Shown here: positions 13,297 through 27,440 of the stretch, one piece after another | Position numbering within the stretch: position 1 is the first letter of the stretch | Layout of the letters: each line of letters starts with the position of its first letter | Assembly (NCBI RefSeq): GCF_006345805.1 | Contig: NC_043001.1 | Location: forward strand, 109,368,001 to 109,432,000 | Direction: 5' to 3' | Source: Octopus sinensis | Lineage: Eukaryota | Length of the DNA: 64,000 nt | Made by a program: the position numbers and the translations under genes | The notes under the pieces: model-generated | Database searches by the model: none | The model's input: only the letters and a program-made list of their open reading frames with translations | What the model was told of the DNA's origin: nothing

Positions 13297-13610
13297 GGAG
13301 GCGTAATGGCCCAGTGGTTAGGGCAGCGGACTCGCGGTTTCGATTCCCAGACCGGGTGATGTGTGTGTTTATTGAGCGAAAACATCTAAAGTTCCACGAG
13401 GCTCCGGCAGGGGGTGATGGTGACCCCTGTTGTACTCTTTCGCCCCAACTTTCTCTCACTCTCTCTCTTCCTTGTTTCTTGGGTAACGCTGCGATGGACT
13501 GGCGTCCCGTTCAGCTGGTGGGGGGGGGGATCACATACGCCACAGAAACCGGGAAACCGGGCCCATGAGCCTGGCTAGGCTTGAAAAGGGCGCATAAATA
13601 AAATAATAAT
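13297..13610 (+). mobile_element. tRNA-derived SINE, 11351-type head with a different 3' part
   Basis: Same head as 11351. The 3' part reads gcgatggactggcgtcccgttcag...gaaaccgggaaaccgg and ends in an (aat)n tail. Confidence 0.8.
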
Positions 13611-14011
13611 AGCAAACACAAAAGGACGAACAGACATTATGCAAGCAGCACCTGTATGCATTATAACACTAAAGCTGCAAATATAACGAGCTTTACTCAT
13701 TTACCACATAGAATAAAACAACAAACGAGTATCTTACACAATTGTTGTCCCTACGAATTACATGGAAACAATAAAACTTAATCCCTCGATTGCTATAGTG
13801 CGAATCAAGATAAAAATGCGAGTTGGTCATGGTTTAATTTCTATTTGCCATGGATGATTTACAACAGAACAACAACGACAACAACCCAACAGATTCTGAA
13901 TCGAGAGGGCAGTTTAAGAAATGTAAGGTTTGACAAATTTGCAGTAAAATTTAAGGGAAGGCTACGAACCAGCAATCGTTCTGTTGATTATTTGATGTAA
14001 TGACGACTATA

Positions 14012-14136
14012 AGAGCGGCTGTGTGGTGAGTGGCCTTCCTTACCAGCCACATGGGCAATTGTCTTCTTCTATAACCTTGGCCCGATCAAAGCCTTGTGAG
14101 TAGATTTGGTAGACGGAAACTCAGAGAAGCCCGTCG

Positions 14137-14177
<41 letters not shown>

Positions 14178-14430
14178 GTGTGTGTGTGTGTATGTGTGTG
14201 TGTGTGTGTGTATATGTTCGTGAGTCTGTGTTTGTCCCCCTCAACATCGAATAACAACCGATGGTGGTGTGCTTACGTCCCCCGTAACTTAGCGGTTCGG
14301 CAAAAGAGGCCGATAGAAAAAGTACTAGGCTTACAAAGAATAAGTCCTGGGGGTCTATTTGCTCGGCTAGAGGCGGTGCTCCAGCATGGCCGCAGTCATA
14401 TGACTGAAATAAATAAAAGAATATAAGAAT
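14012..14430 (+). mobile_element. SINE group A
   Basis: gccttgtgagtagatttggtagacggaaac, central (TA)(TG) microsatellite, tail gcggtgctccagcatggccgcagtc. Confidence 0.85.
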
Positions 14431-14435
14431 ATGTA

Positions 14436-14755
14436 TCCGCTTTGAAGTTTCTAGTCGAACAAGCCGCCTCCGTTACTTACTTTTCAAATCTGTTATTTAT
14501 ATATCGGGGTTTTTCGACGAAGCGCTATATCACATGAACAAATGAAAAGCGGTTATTAAGCGGTGGAGGAGGAACAAACATAACACATATATTTATATAT
14601 GCATATACACCGGGATTATCCACAGTTTTCGTTTACTAAATTCACCCACAAGGCATTGCTCAGTCCGCGACTATAATGAAAGAAATTGTTCAAGGATTGA
14701 ACCCGAGACCACGAAGTTACAAAACAAGCTTTCTCGTCACAAAACCACGTCTAAG
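14436..14755 (-). mobile_element. Old, diverged SINE group A
   Basis: Degenerate reverse-complement match (cagttttcgtttactaaattcacccacaaggcattg). Confidence 0.55.
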
Positions 14756-14774
14756 TCTTATATAGGCAGGGTGG

Positions 14775-15078
14775 GGGCACATGACCTAGTGGTTAGAGCA
14801 GCAGGCTCGCGATCGAGGGATCGCGGGTTCGAATCTCAGACCGGGTGATGTGTGTGTTTATGAGCGAAACACCTAAGTTCCATGCGGCTCCAGCAGAAGG
14901 TAAAGGCGAACTTATGCTGACTCGTTCGCCACGACTTTCTGCCACTCTTTCCTCCTACATCTTGCAGCTCACATGCGACCTCACCGGCGTCCCGTCCAGG
15001 TGGGGAACCTATACACCAAGGAAACCGGGAAACTGGCCCTTATGAGCCAGGCATGGCTCGAGTAGAGAACAATAAACA
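14775..15078 (+). mobile_element. tRNA-derived SINE (13297 type)
   Basis: tagtggttagagcag...gggttcgaatctc head; ggcgtcccgtccagg...gaaaccgggaaactgg tail. Confidence 0.8.
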
Positions 15079-15620
15079 AATAGGCAGGGATGAGGATCGG
15101 TTTTGCGAAGACTGCATAATTGGTCCGCTCTCACAGTGCAATCCGCACAATAGCGGAACAACATTGAGACACAGGAAAACACAAAGACTTTTGTGTCTCT
15201 TGGAGTCTGTATTCAAGATTGATGGAAGCAGGAGGGTTAACTGGAGGCTAGATTTGCCGGTGTTAGTACAATAATGCGCTAGTTACTGCATTCAAACCTC
15301 AGAAGATAGGTTGGTAAAAAGCCAAAATCGCTTTTTTCAGTCGAATTATCGTGCCAAAATGCAAACGTCATCAAGAATGACGGGTAATGCACGACGCAGA
15401 CTACATGTATATGCGTGTGAAAGTGAGTGGGTGTAAATGCCAGCGTGTGTATATGTGTGTGTGGGCGTTTTATATTAAATTATATAAATTTATAAATGTA
15501 TGTATGTATATATTTATGTATATTTATATTCGATTTGAGTCTGTTGCATGTTCAATAACTTCTTGACTGTATTTTTGTATATACGTATCATACATACATA
15601 CATACACAATATATATATAT

Positions 15621-15680
<60 letters not shown>

Positions 15681-15766
15681 ATTTCAACAATTGAGGGTAA
15701 AATTAATTATTAATCAATTTCACCAAGTATTCAGTATGTAAAGGGACCATTATAGGCGAATTCAAA

Positions 15767-16116
<350 letters not shown>

Positions 16117-16310
16117 AATATATATATATATATATTTATATATTTATTTATTTATATATATATATAAACACACACACACACACATATATATATACAGATA
16201 TACATATATATATATATATATGTGTGGGCGTGTATATATGTATATATATTATATATATAAATACATAATACAGATATACATATATATATATGTGTGTGTG
16301 CGTGCGTGTA

Positions 16311-16356
<46 letters not shown>

Positions 16357-17823
16357 TGTGTGAGTGTGTGTATGAATATATATATGTGTTTGTATTGTAT
16401 GTATGTATGTATGCATAATGCAGAGACAGATAATCTAATCTATATCTATCTTGAGTGATAGATATATAAGATAGAGATGCGTCTCATGAAATACATAAAA
16501 ATATTGTAAAGTTTACAATTCCACATACGATCAGAGTAAACTATGGCGAACAACTTCTTAAGTATCTACTCATTTCTCATTCATAGCCATAAAACATAAT
16601 CTGAAGTGCGTAGGCCTGTATATAGGAAATCTATGAAGATTCTTGATTTGTAGAGATTTCAGTAAACAAAACTGTCTGTCTATTGGTAAATTTCGCAAAA
16701 GATCGCTGATTGCGGATATTTACTAAAAATAGTAAGTTGAGAGCAATTAATATTTTTGGCAATGATAGACACTTGGCAAATTTAAAAGGATGGATGAAAT
16801 AAAATAAGAACTAACAAAATCCATTACTTTAAAGTAGTAAAGACTACGTCACTAATAAGGCTAAAATATATAAAATTGCATAGCGATGTCGTCGTTACTT
16901 TAGGAATCAATTGAATATTTGAAGGATTGTATACCCGCAAAACAAGCAACTTTCGATGACGGTGTTTCTATTAAGTCACCAATCATTAGATATAGAAGGA
17001 AAATGTCCTCTAGGAGGCCTTGAATTGCTAAATCAGGTACAACATAGAATAAACAGTTGATCCGCAACAAACTGCTGAAGAAGTTTCTTTGAATAACATA
17101 AGAACAGAATAAAAATGGTACACACACACTTACACACATACACAAAGAAAGATTAGCGTAGCAAATGGCTGCCTCGACTAAAACGTTATACAGTTGTGTG
17201 TCTGTGTTTATGTGTGTGTGTGTGTGTGTGTGTATCTGTGTGTGTGTGCATGTATGTATGTATGCTTTATTTATAATGTGGGAAATATATGTTTCTAGCA
17301 TAAAATGGTTAGGAATACATAATATGCTAAACAAGGGAAGGAAGGAAACTGGTAGGAGTCGAGGACGATAAAGCTGATGAATGTCAACTGTTGAAATTTA
17401 TTTGAATAACAACATCAAAAGAAATGAGGACATAAAAAGCAACAACCGTAGCTGCACCAACAGTAACATCAATTACAACAACAACAACAACAACAACTAC
17501 TACTACTACTTTAACTGCAACCGTTACACATTTACACGCTCATGTTGTTACTGAAGTACCCTTACTGAGCCTACGTTTGGATTCCATTACATTGAGTATA
17601 CAGATTACATTTGATTTTTTTTTACTTTTTTCAGTTTATTAATATTTTACTATGATCTCTGCAGATGTCGAATTATGATATATGTCTGCATTCACGTGTC
17701 GGCATACATACATCCACGTACACACACATACACACACGAGCATGCGCATAGATGTACACACTCCTGCTGATGCTCTACTACTACTGCAAATGCCATTGAT
17801 GTTACCGCTAGTAACATTAATAA

Positions 17824-18225
17824 TTATTTCAAATTTTTGCCACAAAGGCAGCTTGGGTGGTGGTGGAGATGAGTCGATTACATTGATCCCAGGGTTCAAC
17901 CGGTTCTTATTTTATCGACTCCAGAAAGCATAAAAGGTAAAGTCGACCTCAGCGGAATTTGAACTCAGAATGTAGCGACGGGCGAAATATGACTGAGCAT
18001 TTCGTCCAGCGTGCTACAGATTCGGCCACCTCGCCGCCTTCTAATAACATTAATAATAACAGTCTACTTCAAATCTTGCTGCAAAGCCAGTAATAAGAGG
18101 AAGGATGTCGATGATATCGACCCTAGTATATGACTGGTATTTTATTTCATCGACGCGATAGGATGAAAGGCAATGTTGACTTCAACGGTATTTCAGTTCG
18201 GAAGGTAAAGAGCCGGAAGAATACC
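17824..18225 (-). mobile_element. Two adjacent SINE group B copies
   Basis: aaagtcgacctcagcggaatttgaactcagaa...ctcgccgcc (17824-18040) and a more diverged copy at ~18066-18225. Confidence 0.75.
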
Positions 18226-19010
18226 ACCGGAAGAATATGGTCAGAGCGATGCTACAAGTTGTTGAAATTAAATCATATGAAGTGAAAATTCCGTCGTTGA
18301 CCAACAGAAAAAACCCCGTAATTCTATAGGACAAGGTACCATATTACACAATGACTTCAAAAATTCAACGGAGAAATATTAAAGCAAGTTGTACAACTCT
18401 GCCCTGCTTGGTTGAAACAAAGCTAAATATTCTAAACTTGGTGCAAAGAAAAAATCATTATTCCCAAGAAACAGGTAATAAGAAATCTATCAAACTATGA
18501 ACCTATACACAAGCGATTCTCATAAATCTTGACGAAAATAATTGCCATATATTGAATGAAAAGTATCTCCATGAATAAGACTGATTTCATATTTTAGAAA
18601 TATATCTGAAGAGGCACTCAATGCTAAATTTGCACCTAGAATCATTGCAGTCATTGTTTTCATATAAACAGACACTTTTTTAAAGTCATCTCTATAGATT
18701 TTTTTAATAGAAATCAGAGCCAGCACTGAAAGTTGCGCCCTTTCGTACATGAATACGTCTATATAAAAAATACGATCAAAATAGAAAAGTAGGTTATAGG
18801 TGTATTTGCATATTTCAGGATTTATTGTTCCTTCTTCAGCGCCATACCCAACCCATTAAACATCCATAAAGGCAATGCTTAACTAGTCACGAAATAACGC
18901 AGTATACACAATTGGGTATACCAATTATACATATTAAAAACATTCATGGCAACTGATGCGTACATGTTGGTTATTGTTAATGACGCAACATTTCGTTGGG
19001 GAAGCACAAC

Positions 19011-19206
19011 ATACTACCAAGTATATTAAAGGCTCCTGAGTCAATACTCTGTCCTACCTGTGTTACCAGTGCGATTTAATTTTTTTTAATGGCCCTAGTT
19101 TCTGTGGAGAATCTGTAGAGATAACTTTTAAATGTGATTGAATCGCACTGCTAACACCGGTAGGACAGAGTATTGACTTATAAGCCTTTAATATACTTGG
19201 AAGTAT
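19011..19206. mobile_element. Fold-back/MITE-like inverted repeat, ~66-bp arms
   Basis: atactaccaagtatattaaaggct...cagtgcgatt (19011-19076) versus aatcgcactg...aatatacttggaagtat (19141-19206). The arms continue in degraded form for ~30 bp further out. Confidence 0.7.
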
Positions 19207-19422
19207 ATTACGTTTGCACAACAAAACACAGTGTCCTTACCAGCAATTGACATTATATACAGAGTAAGTTAAGATTCGTGAAGTCCATTCCAGTTTAGTT
19301 TAGTTGCCAGTCATATAAAATCTGCTATATATTAGTGAGATATTCTTGTGTGTGCTTTGTCAAACTAAGTTTGATAGTTTCTTATACTGAAGTCGATGGT
19401 AGTTATTGTGAGAACGTTTTAA

Positions 19423-19652
19423 GGCGGCGAGCTGGCAGAAACGTTAGCACGCCGGGCGAAATGCTTAGCGGTATTTCGTCTGTCGTTACGTTGTGAGTTC
19501 AAATTCCGCCGAGGTTGACTTTGCCTTTCATCCTTTCGGGGTCGATAAATTAAGTACCAGTTACTCACTGGGGTCGACATAATCGACTTAATCCCTTTGT
19601 TCTTCTTTTGCCCACTGTATGTTTATCCCCTTGTGGGTAGTAAAGAAATAAG
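19423..19652 (+). mobile_element. SINE group B monomer
   Basis: Head ggcggcgagctggcagaaacgttagc, gagttcaaattcc B-box, core gcctttcatcctttcggggtcgataaattaagtacc (resembles the Meta-type central SINE domain). Confidence 0.88.
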
Positions 19653-20645
19653 AAACAGCGTAGAAAATTCTGAAACAAATGTATTTAGTACATAGATGAC
19701 GCCTCTATATAATGTAGTCACTCTTTTAATCTGAGGATCAATTAAACAAGACTTATGCAAGAAACAAAGCAGCGATTAAAAATGAACTTTTATAGCGAAG
19801 GGTGAAACTATTGTTCAATTTAATCCAGCCTTTATTTTATCTCCAGCTTCAGTGCTCCGTCGTTTAAGTATTGTATAAGATATTTAAAGAAAGGCATATA
19901 TGATTAAATTACTCCATCGTCATAGAATGAAGCATAGTGGACGGTAATGTAAACTGTCGGGTATTGGCAGATTGCTATAATTAATGAACTTGTTTCCTAG
20001 TAACGGAATAAAGTGGCTTGTCATACGTAAGTGCAGATGTTAAATGACTGCTGACTTCGTATTCTATTTGTACCTCACCAAATGTAAACTAAGATATCTG
20101 TAAAATGTTGTTTGAAAAGCAAACAGACCAATTGTCCACGTTACAAACAGACTGATGATCCATCTGCATAGTATATTAACTAACAGAATTTTTCGTGACC
20201 AGGACATATTAATTTTTACGTCCTTCCTATTTACATGTGTGTCAAAAAGAATTAACTTTCACTGAGCTGATTTTTATGTAATGCAGTCTGTTTACAGATA
20301 AAGATGCAGATCGCACTCAATATGGGTCATTTGTTATTTTAGATTACGTGATTCAGGGTTGGTTTTATCAAATTATCAGTCATCCAGGAAGTGCATTTCC
20401 GTTTGGATTTCAAAACAATTTTAAAGCAAATATTCTAAAGTTTTGTTCTACGTTCATTTAATGCTACAAGAAAAATCTTTCCATTTCAGTGTTTAACGAT
20501 TTAGTACTATGACGTCAGAATTAGTATTCCATATTAACTTCTAAACTGTCACCCAAGACTACTTTTGTAATATCAGATTACACTCACTCAGTAGTTTTAG
20601 TGAAATAAGTATTTTTCTAAATTGTACGGATGTGGCCGTATAATC

Positions 20646-21176
20646 TTTGCTTTATATCCTTTCGGAGTCGATAAATTAAGTACCAGTTGCCTACTGGGGT
20701 CGATCTAATCGACTATTCCCCTCTCCCAAAATTTCGGGCCTTGTGCCTAGAGTAGAAAAGAAAATTTGTAGAAGTAAAAAGGCGGTGAGCTAGCAGAAAT
20801 GTTAGCACACACGGCGAAATGCTTAGTAGTATTTCGTCTGCCACTACGTTCTGAATTCAAATTCCGCGGAGGTCGATTTTGCCTTTCATCCTTTCGGGGT
20901 CGATAAATTAAGTACCAGTTACGCACTGGAGTCGATATAATCGACTTAATCCGTTTGTCTGTCCTTGTTTGTCCTCTCTGTGTGTAGCCCCTTGTGGGTA
21001 GTAAAGAAATAGGTATTTCGTGTCTTTACATTCCGAGTTCAAATTCCGCTGAGGCTGATTTTGCCTTTCATCCTTTCGGGATCGATAAATTAAGTACCAG
21101 TTGCGTACTGAGGTCGATCTAATTGACTGGCCCCCTCCCCAGAATTTCAGGACTTGTGCCTAGAGTAGAAAAGAAT
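20646..21176 (+). mobile_element. SINE group B: 3' fragment (20646-20762) plus a dimeric copy (20781-21176)
   Basis: The core is repeated after the junction aaagaaataggtatttcg at ~21003-21020. Confidence 0.85.
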
Positions 21177-22809
21177 ATATTTGTTCCAGTGAAGTTGCTT
21201 ATGCATTTCGGGCACACTCTCACCATCATAGTTACTAGTGTTTGCACCAAACAAAGACAATAACCAATATATCTATTGAAGGAGGTAGTGCTCCAGTCTG
21301 GCCATAATCTCCATAGCTTCTACCAGTCTGAATGAAAAAGAATATTGTAGTTTAAAACCTGTTTTTAAAATTATAAAAATTTCCATTGATCTGCTGACAA
21401 TTCATTACCTGAATTGAAACATAGAATTGCAAAATTACGAAGTTGACATATTTACCACATGACACTAACTTTACCCTGAAAAGTTTGTCAAAGAACTTGT
21501 GGTGTTTATTTATCAGTTTCTGCCCCTAGTTTGAATGATTCTTTATGCAACTTTGCTTTACATATTACCTGGTTCGATAAAATACGTAATGGATTAGTTG
21601 TGGTATAGAATATTTCAGTCAGTATCCACTCATATAATTTTGGCATCGTCTCCGTGATAAAAATCAACAAGAATTGAAGTAGCTGAGTGTTTAGCCATGT
21701 TTCTAGCCTCAATTGATTTCCAGAATATTCAAGTTGCCATGGAGTGTATAAATGAAGGAAGAGATAGAGAGACAGAAAAACAGATAGAGTTGCACTTGAA
21801 TGTTGATCAAACGCAATAAGGTAGATTCAAGAGAAATATTATTTAATTAATAATGAAATCGTGAAGTACCTTTAATCTCACTTCTGAAGTTACCCACTTT
21901 CAGATGCGACAGCCTACGCACCGACTATGGTGTTTGTATTTGTCGGCACACGATATTAAAAGCCTTATATTTTCCTCTGGGAATATTACATAAATAAAAA
22001 AAAAGAAGGAATTCTTTTATAACCATGAGAACAATTTTATATAACACCGTTCTGTCTGACATGATCGAATATAGTAGATCGCTGTTGTCAACGAAATCAG
22101 TGGTATGTGCATTTGATAAAAAGTACACGTGGCCTAAATTTTGATTTTTGACTTAGGAACATAGGCACAAACTTAGGTGATATAAATTGTCGATAAGCTA
22201 AATCTCAGTACTTGACTGAATTTTATTCATATTACTGTCACATCTACGAAATTAATCTACGGGGGCTTAAACTCTGAACTTAAAGAACGATAACTCGATA
22301 CTGCTAATCATTTTGACCGACTGTCTAACGATTCCGCCAACGAACCGACATATTTAATTTGTTTCTTTAACAGTCTCTTATTATTAATTACTTCCCTATT
22401 CCCTGCACCAAAACCTAGCTGATAGACCTGTCAACATCATACGTATTGTGTTAAGCAAAACAAGGAGCTACAGCATAATTGTAGATCTTGCTAGAAACAG
22501 CAGTCTAATCTCTCTTAAACAATAGCATAAAATTCTTAAAAAAAGACGAAAATATCAGTGCGGAATATATTTTGGTACTTGGTAACATTTTTACTTTTAA
22601 ATAAGAATGGATGTTAAAGGCTGAAACAACTTGAGTCATATACTATCGCAAACGGTCGAAATAAACAGCAATACGGAGTGTATTGCATATTTCAGGTGTC
22701 ACTTTGAACATTTCACTAATGTTTTTAACTCCGAAGTTGCATTATTATGGAAATATCTCATTGCCTTAATTTTGTTGGATATTTGTAAAACTTTCGAATT
22801 ATAATAGTA

Positions 22810-23018
22810 ATTTCTACTAAAGGCAAAGGACCTGAAATTTGTTGTAGGGGAATAATCGATTACACCAACCCCAGTGTTTTACTGGTACTTAATTTATTGA
22901 CCCCGAAAGGATGAAAAACAGAATCGACTTCGGCAGAATTTGAACACAGAACGTAAAGACGGACGAAATGCCTCTAAGCATTTGCCCGGCGTCGTAAGGA
23001 TTCTGTCAGCTCACCGCC
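22810..23018 (-). mobile_element. SINE group B
   Basis: Reverse-complement core ccccgaaaggatgaaaaac...cagctcaccgcc. Confidence 0.8.
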
Positions 23019-23019
23019 T

Positions 23020-23036
23020 TAATGATAATAATAATG

Positions 23037-23132
<96 letters not shown>
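23020..23132. repeat. (AAT)n microsatellite
   Basis: Direct; gives the poly-N/I/Y ORFs in the track. Confidence 0.95.
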
Positions 23133-23363
23133 GCATTCCTTTCTGCTGGAGGCACAAGGCCTCAAATTTTTGAGGAAGGGATTAAGTCGTTGGGACCCTT
23201 CCATTACAGATGCAATCCATGCATGCGATCGCTTTTGCATTTAATTTAACTAATCAGGAACTGTATGAAAGGAACTTGCCCAAGGTACCACGTAGTCGTA
23301 TCGAACCTGAGTCCTATTGTTAGGAAGCGGACTTGTTAGCAACACAACCAACCCTGCTTTTAA

Positions 23364-23745
23364 ACTCTTTTGCTTTTTACTCTTTTAATTGTTTCAGTCA
23401 TTTGACTGCGACCATGCTGGAGCACCCACTTCAGTCGAGCAAATCGACTCCAGGACTCATTCTTTTTAAGCCTAGTACTTATTCTATCGGTCTCTTTTGC
23501 CGAACCGCTATGTTACGGAGGCGTAAACACACCAGCATCGGTTGTCAAGTGATATATATACATATATATATATACATATATACGACGGGCTTCTTTCAGT
23601 TTCCGTCAACCAAATCCACTCACAAAGCTTTGGTCGGTCCGAGGCTATAGTAGAAAACACTTGCCCAAGGTGTCACGCAGTGGGACTCAACCCGGAACCA
23701 TGTGGTTCATAAGCAAGTTACTTACCACGCAGCCACTCCTACGCC
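23364..23745 (-). mobile_element. SINE group A
   Basis: Near full-length reverse-complement copy ending agccactcctacgcc. Confidence 0.88.
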
Positions 23746-24409
23746 TATAGTTTAAATGACGTAGAACAAAATTATAAAATACTATCCACATTACCTCAGC
23801 GACAGAGAAGATAACTGCGTGCTTGGATTTAACAAGAAACTAATAGAACATAACACAGACTTAGCTATTTGCGGGTCTGACTGCACTTTTCCTACTAAAT
23901 CGACCAGCACACTTATATTCCAGATATTAAAAATGTTTCCCCTTATACAATGACAGTGAAATACAACCGATAAAATCCTATGTTGATCTCAGCTAAATAT
24001 TTATTCTGTTCTCATTGAAGCTGAAGATATCTTGCGTTGATTGCTTACTCGCTCCAAATTCGTTTCATTAAACGTATTTTTCTAAAATCCGTCCTGAGAA
24101 ACAGCAATTAGAAAAGATCATTTCCTGAAATATCATGACTGGAAATACATTAAATTGGTATAACGTTTCTATACTTACTTACTTCTATTTCGCTTTTCCA
24201 CTAATTGAATCAATGAGTGGTGTATATATATATATATTGCATTGATCCTTCTCAGCTTACTCCTAAATAAATATTTGGAAATAATACGATATCAACTTTA
24301 GATAGTTCTCAATTCTATAAAGCTTCTACACTTTCTATTTTATTGAATCAAGATTTATAAAGAACAGGTGCACCAATACGTGTGCAGAAAAGCAAAACAC
24401 ATTGCATAT

Positions 24410-24461
24410 CCGTATATATATATATACACACGCATACATATATGCATACATATATACATAC

Positions 24462-24528
<67 letters not shown>

Positions 24529-24613
24529 AATAAATACATATATACATAAATATATATATATATATATATATATACATACATACGAACATGAAAATATGCT
24601 CACTCCTCTCCAT

Positions 24614-24646
<33 letters not shown>

Positions 24647-24708
24647 CCATATATATATATATATAATATATATATATATATAACATATATATAGATATAT
24701 ACACATAT

Positions 24709-24768
<60 letters not shown>

Positions 24769-24781
24769 GTGCGTGTGTGTG

Positions 24782-24825
<44 letters not shown>
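24410..24825. repeat. Compound (TA)n/(CA)n/(TATC)n/(TG)n microsatellite block
   Basis: Direct. Confidence 0.9.
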
Positions 24826-24827
<2 letters not shown>

Positions 24828-25194
24828 ATGTAAATGCATGTGAGAATGTGAACCTCGCGAATCAGCTGTTGTGTATTGACTACTGAAGAATAGAGTGAAC
24901 ATAATTGGTATGCTGTTGAAACAAACATCCGATAATCTGATATATGTGAATGCATGTGTGTGTAGTATATATGTATGCATGTATGCATCCGTCACGATAA
25001 TAGTTTGCAATGGAAAGGGAATATAGATGTTATTGGAGTTTCTATGCTTTGTTTATTCTTTAATGTTCGTAGGCTGCACTGTTCTTCTTCAGCGTACATT
25101 CAGTAAAAAAATTTTAATTGGGTTATTCAGCTCAGGCGTATGGATTTGCTTGCAAAAGAAACCAAACATTCTCGTTACAGACTCTTTTCTCTTT

Positions 25195-25576
25195 TTTATT
25201 TTACTCTTTTTACTTGTTTCAGTCATTTGACTGCGGCCATGCTGGAGCACCGCCTTTAATCGAGCAACTCGACCCCGGGACTTATTCTTTTGTAAGCCCA
25301 GTACTAATTCTATCGGTCACTTTTGCCGAACTGCTAAGTAACGGGGACATAAACACTAGGGGACAAACACAGACACACAAACACACACGCATATATATAT
25401 ATATATATACATATATACGACGGGCTTCTTTCAGTTTCCGTCTACCAAATCCACTCACAAGGTTTTGGTCGGCCCGAGGCTATAGTAGAAGACACTTGCC
25501 CAAGGTGCCACGCAGTGGGACTGAACCCGGAACCATATGGTTGCTAGACAAGCTACTTACCACACAGCCACTCCTG
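25195..25576 (-). mobile_element. SINE group A
   Basis: Reverse-complement copy with a (ttttactc)n tail, ending cacacagccactcctg. Confidence 0.88.
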
Positions 25577-25738
25577 TTTCTTTTTTAAAAAACAACAAAA
25601 GACAAGCGTATGCATATTGAACAATGCGTTTTTGTTGTCTCCTCTAGAAATATCATGATAATCCTGTCTGGAATGCATTTGATCCTAGCACTTGTGGATC
25701 AAATCGCATATCACACAAAGGAACAACAACGGAAATAT

Positions 25739-26154
25739 TTATTTCTTTATTGCGCACAAGGGGCGAAACATAGAGGGGACAAACAAGGACACACACAGGG
25801 ATTAAGTCGATTATATCGACCCCAGTACGTAACTGGTACTTATTTAATCGACACCGAAAGGATGAAAGACAAAGTCGGCCTCGGCGGAATTTGAACTCAG
25901 AACGTAGCGGCAAACGAAATACCTATTTCTTTACTACCCACAAGGGGCTAAACACAGAGAGGACAAACAAGGACAGATAAACGGATTAAGTCGATTACAT
26001 CGATCCCACTGCGTAACTGGTACTTAATTTATCGACCCCGAAAAGATGAAAGGCAAAGTCGACGTCGGCGAAATTTGAACTCAGAACGTAGCGGCATACG
26101 AAATACCGCTAATCATTTCGCCCGGCGTGCTAACGATTCTGCCAGGTCGCCGCC
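25739..26154 (-). mobile_element. Dimeric SINE group B with a 15-bp TSD
   Basis: Two cores joined at cgaaatacctatttcttt. Flanked by caacaacggaaatat (25724-25738) and caacaacagaaatat (26158-26172). Confidence 0.88.
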
Positions 26155-26390
26155 GTCCAACAACAGAAATATCATTAACCCGTACACACCGTCCATATGG
26201 GCCCTACATCCTACGCTAATTTGAGCGCGCTCTTTGGGGAGGCATCCAGTGTCTTTGGCGAGCTGATCTACTTACGTTGTGTTCAGACGACTAGCTCGAG
26301 TCCGACCATGCCTCGGCATCCGTAGCATTAGATCATTTACCAGATGTTTAGCTCGTCAGCAATGTTCCATAAAACGCAGGCGCCTTTAAT

Positions 26391-26492
26391 CTAGATGGAA
26401 CTTACACCAGAATGTTAAGATCAGTTTTAAACGTACCTTGGAGAACTCATTCCCTCAAGAAACACCCATATGGAAATCACCCACCTGTTTCA
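26391..26492 (+). mobile_element. RTE-clade LINE fragment (post-RT region)
   Basis: Translates as LDGTYTRMLRSVLNVPWRTHSLKKHPYGNHPPVS, matching the RTE motif LDGxYTRMLRxxLNxxW...LYGNLPPxS. Confidence 0.65.
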
Positions 26493-27061
26493 CCTTCATG
26501 CAATACTCATAATCGCTCTAAAGAAACCCCATTATTCGAATTTCTGTCTGTCACTTAGTTCAAATAAAATCAAAATTGTGGTAAAATGCGAGTGTTGATT
26601 TTCCATAAGCATCCGAGTTATAATTTCTAAAATATGATCTTGTATAAAGAACCAAAATCTTGTTTAGCTGTTCTATTCCATTTTTTCTTCTCTAAAGCGT
26701 TCCTGCTGTCTTGGACAATGCTAGAATATACTATGAAATAATTTAACAATAAAATATCACCTAAAATATTTCATGATATGACCTCTTAATATACCGTTGA
26801 CATACATGTACACAACTTCACACGGATATTTGTACATATGTTCAAATGTAAGTATATTTTCATGGACATTAAAATAGGAAAGAATAACATGTTACCCGAA
26901 TATATCTTTCCTGTGTCTTCACAGACGTCAATCACTTTCCGTCTTTCTTCCTCTCTCAGTCTCTATCTTTCTTTCTCTCTCTCTCAGTCTCCAGCAGTCC
27001 ACAACACAGATGCAGCACGAAGTAGACAACATTAACTCTCTCCCTCTCTCTCTCTCTCTAT

Positions 27062-27180
27062 CTCACACACACACACACACACATACAAACAAACAAGCAC
27101 ATGCACAGCACAAAAAATGCAAATATGTAAATATAGAGACGTATACATATATCTATGTACACACACAGACACAGACACGC

Positions 27181-27223
<43 letters not shown>

Positions 27224-27406
27224 TATATACATATTCACACACGCACACACACACACACAATCACAAACAAACAAACAAACAACACACACACACACACCAC
27301 AAAAAATGCAAATATGTAAATATAGAGACGTATACATATATCTATGTACACACACAGACACAGACACCAGCACAGACACACACACACACACGCATATATA
27401 AATATT

Positions 27407-27438
<32 letters not shown>

Positions 27439-27440
27439 CA
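27062..27440. repeat. Tandem duplication (~187-bp period) of a CA-rich unit
   Basis: cacaaaaaatgcaaatatgtaaatatagagacgtatacatatatctatgtacacacacagacacagacac occurs at 27111 and 27298. Confidence 0.85.

Noticed and set aside
20510-20517. Full CRE site TGACGTCA
   Set aside because: A single 8-mer in 64 kb is compatible with chance, and no promoter could be placed nearby.
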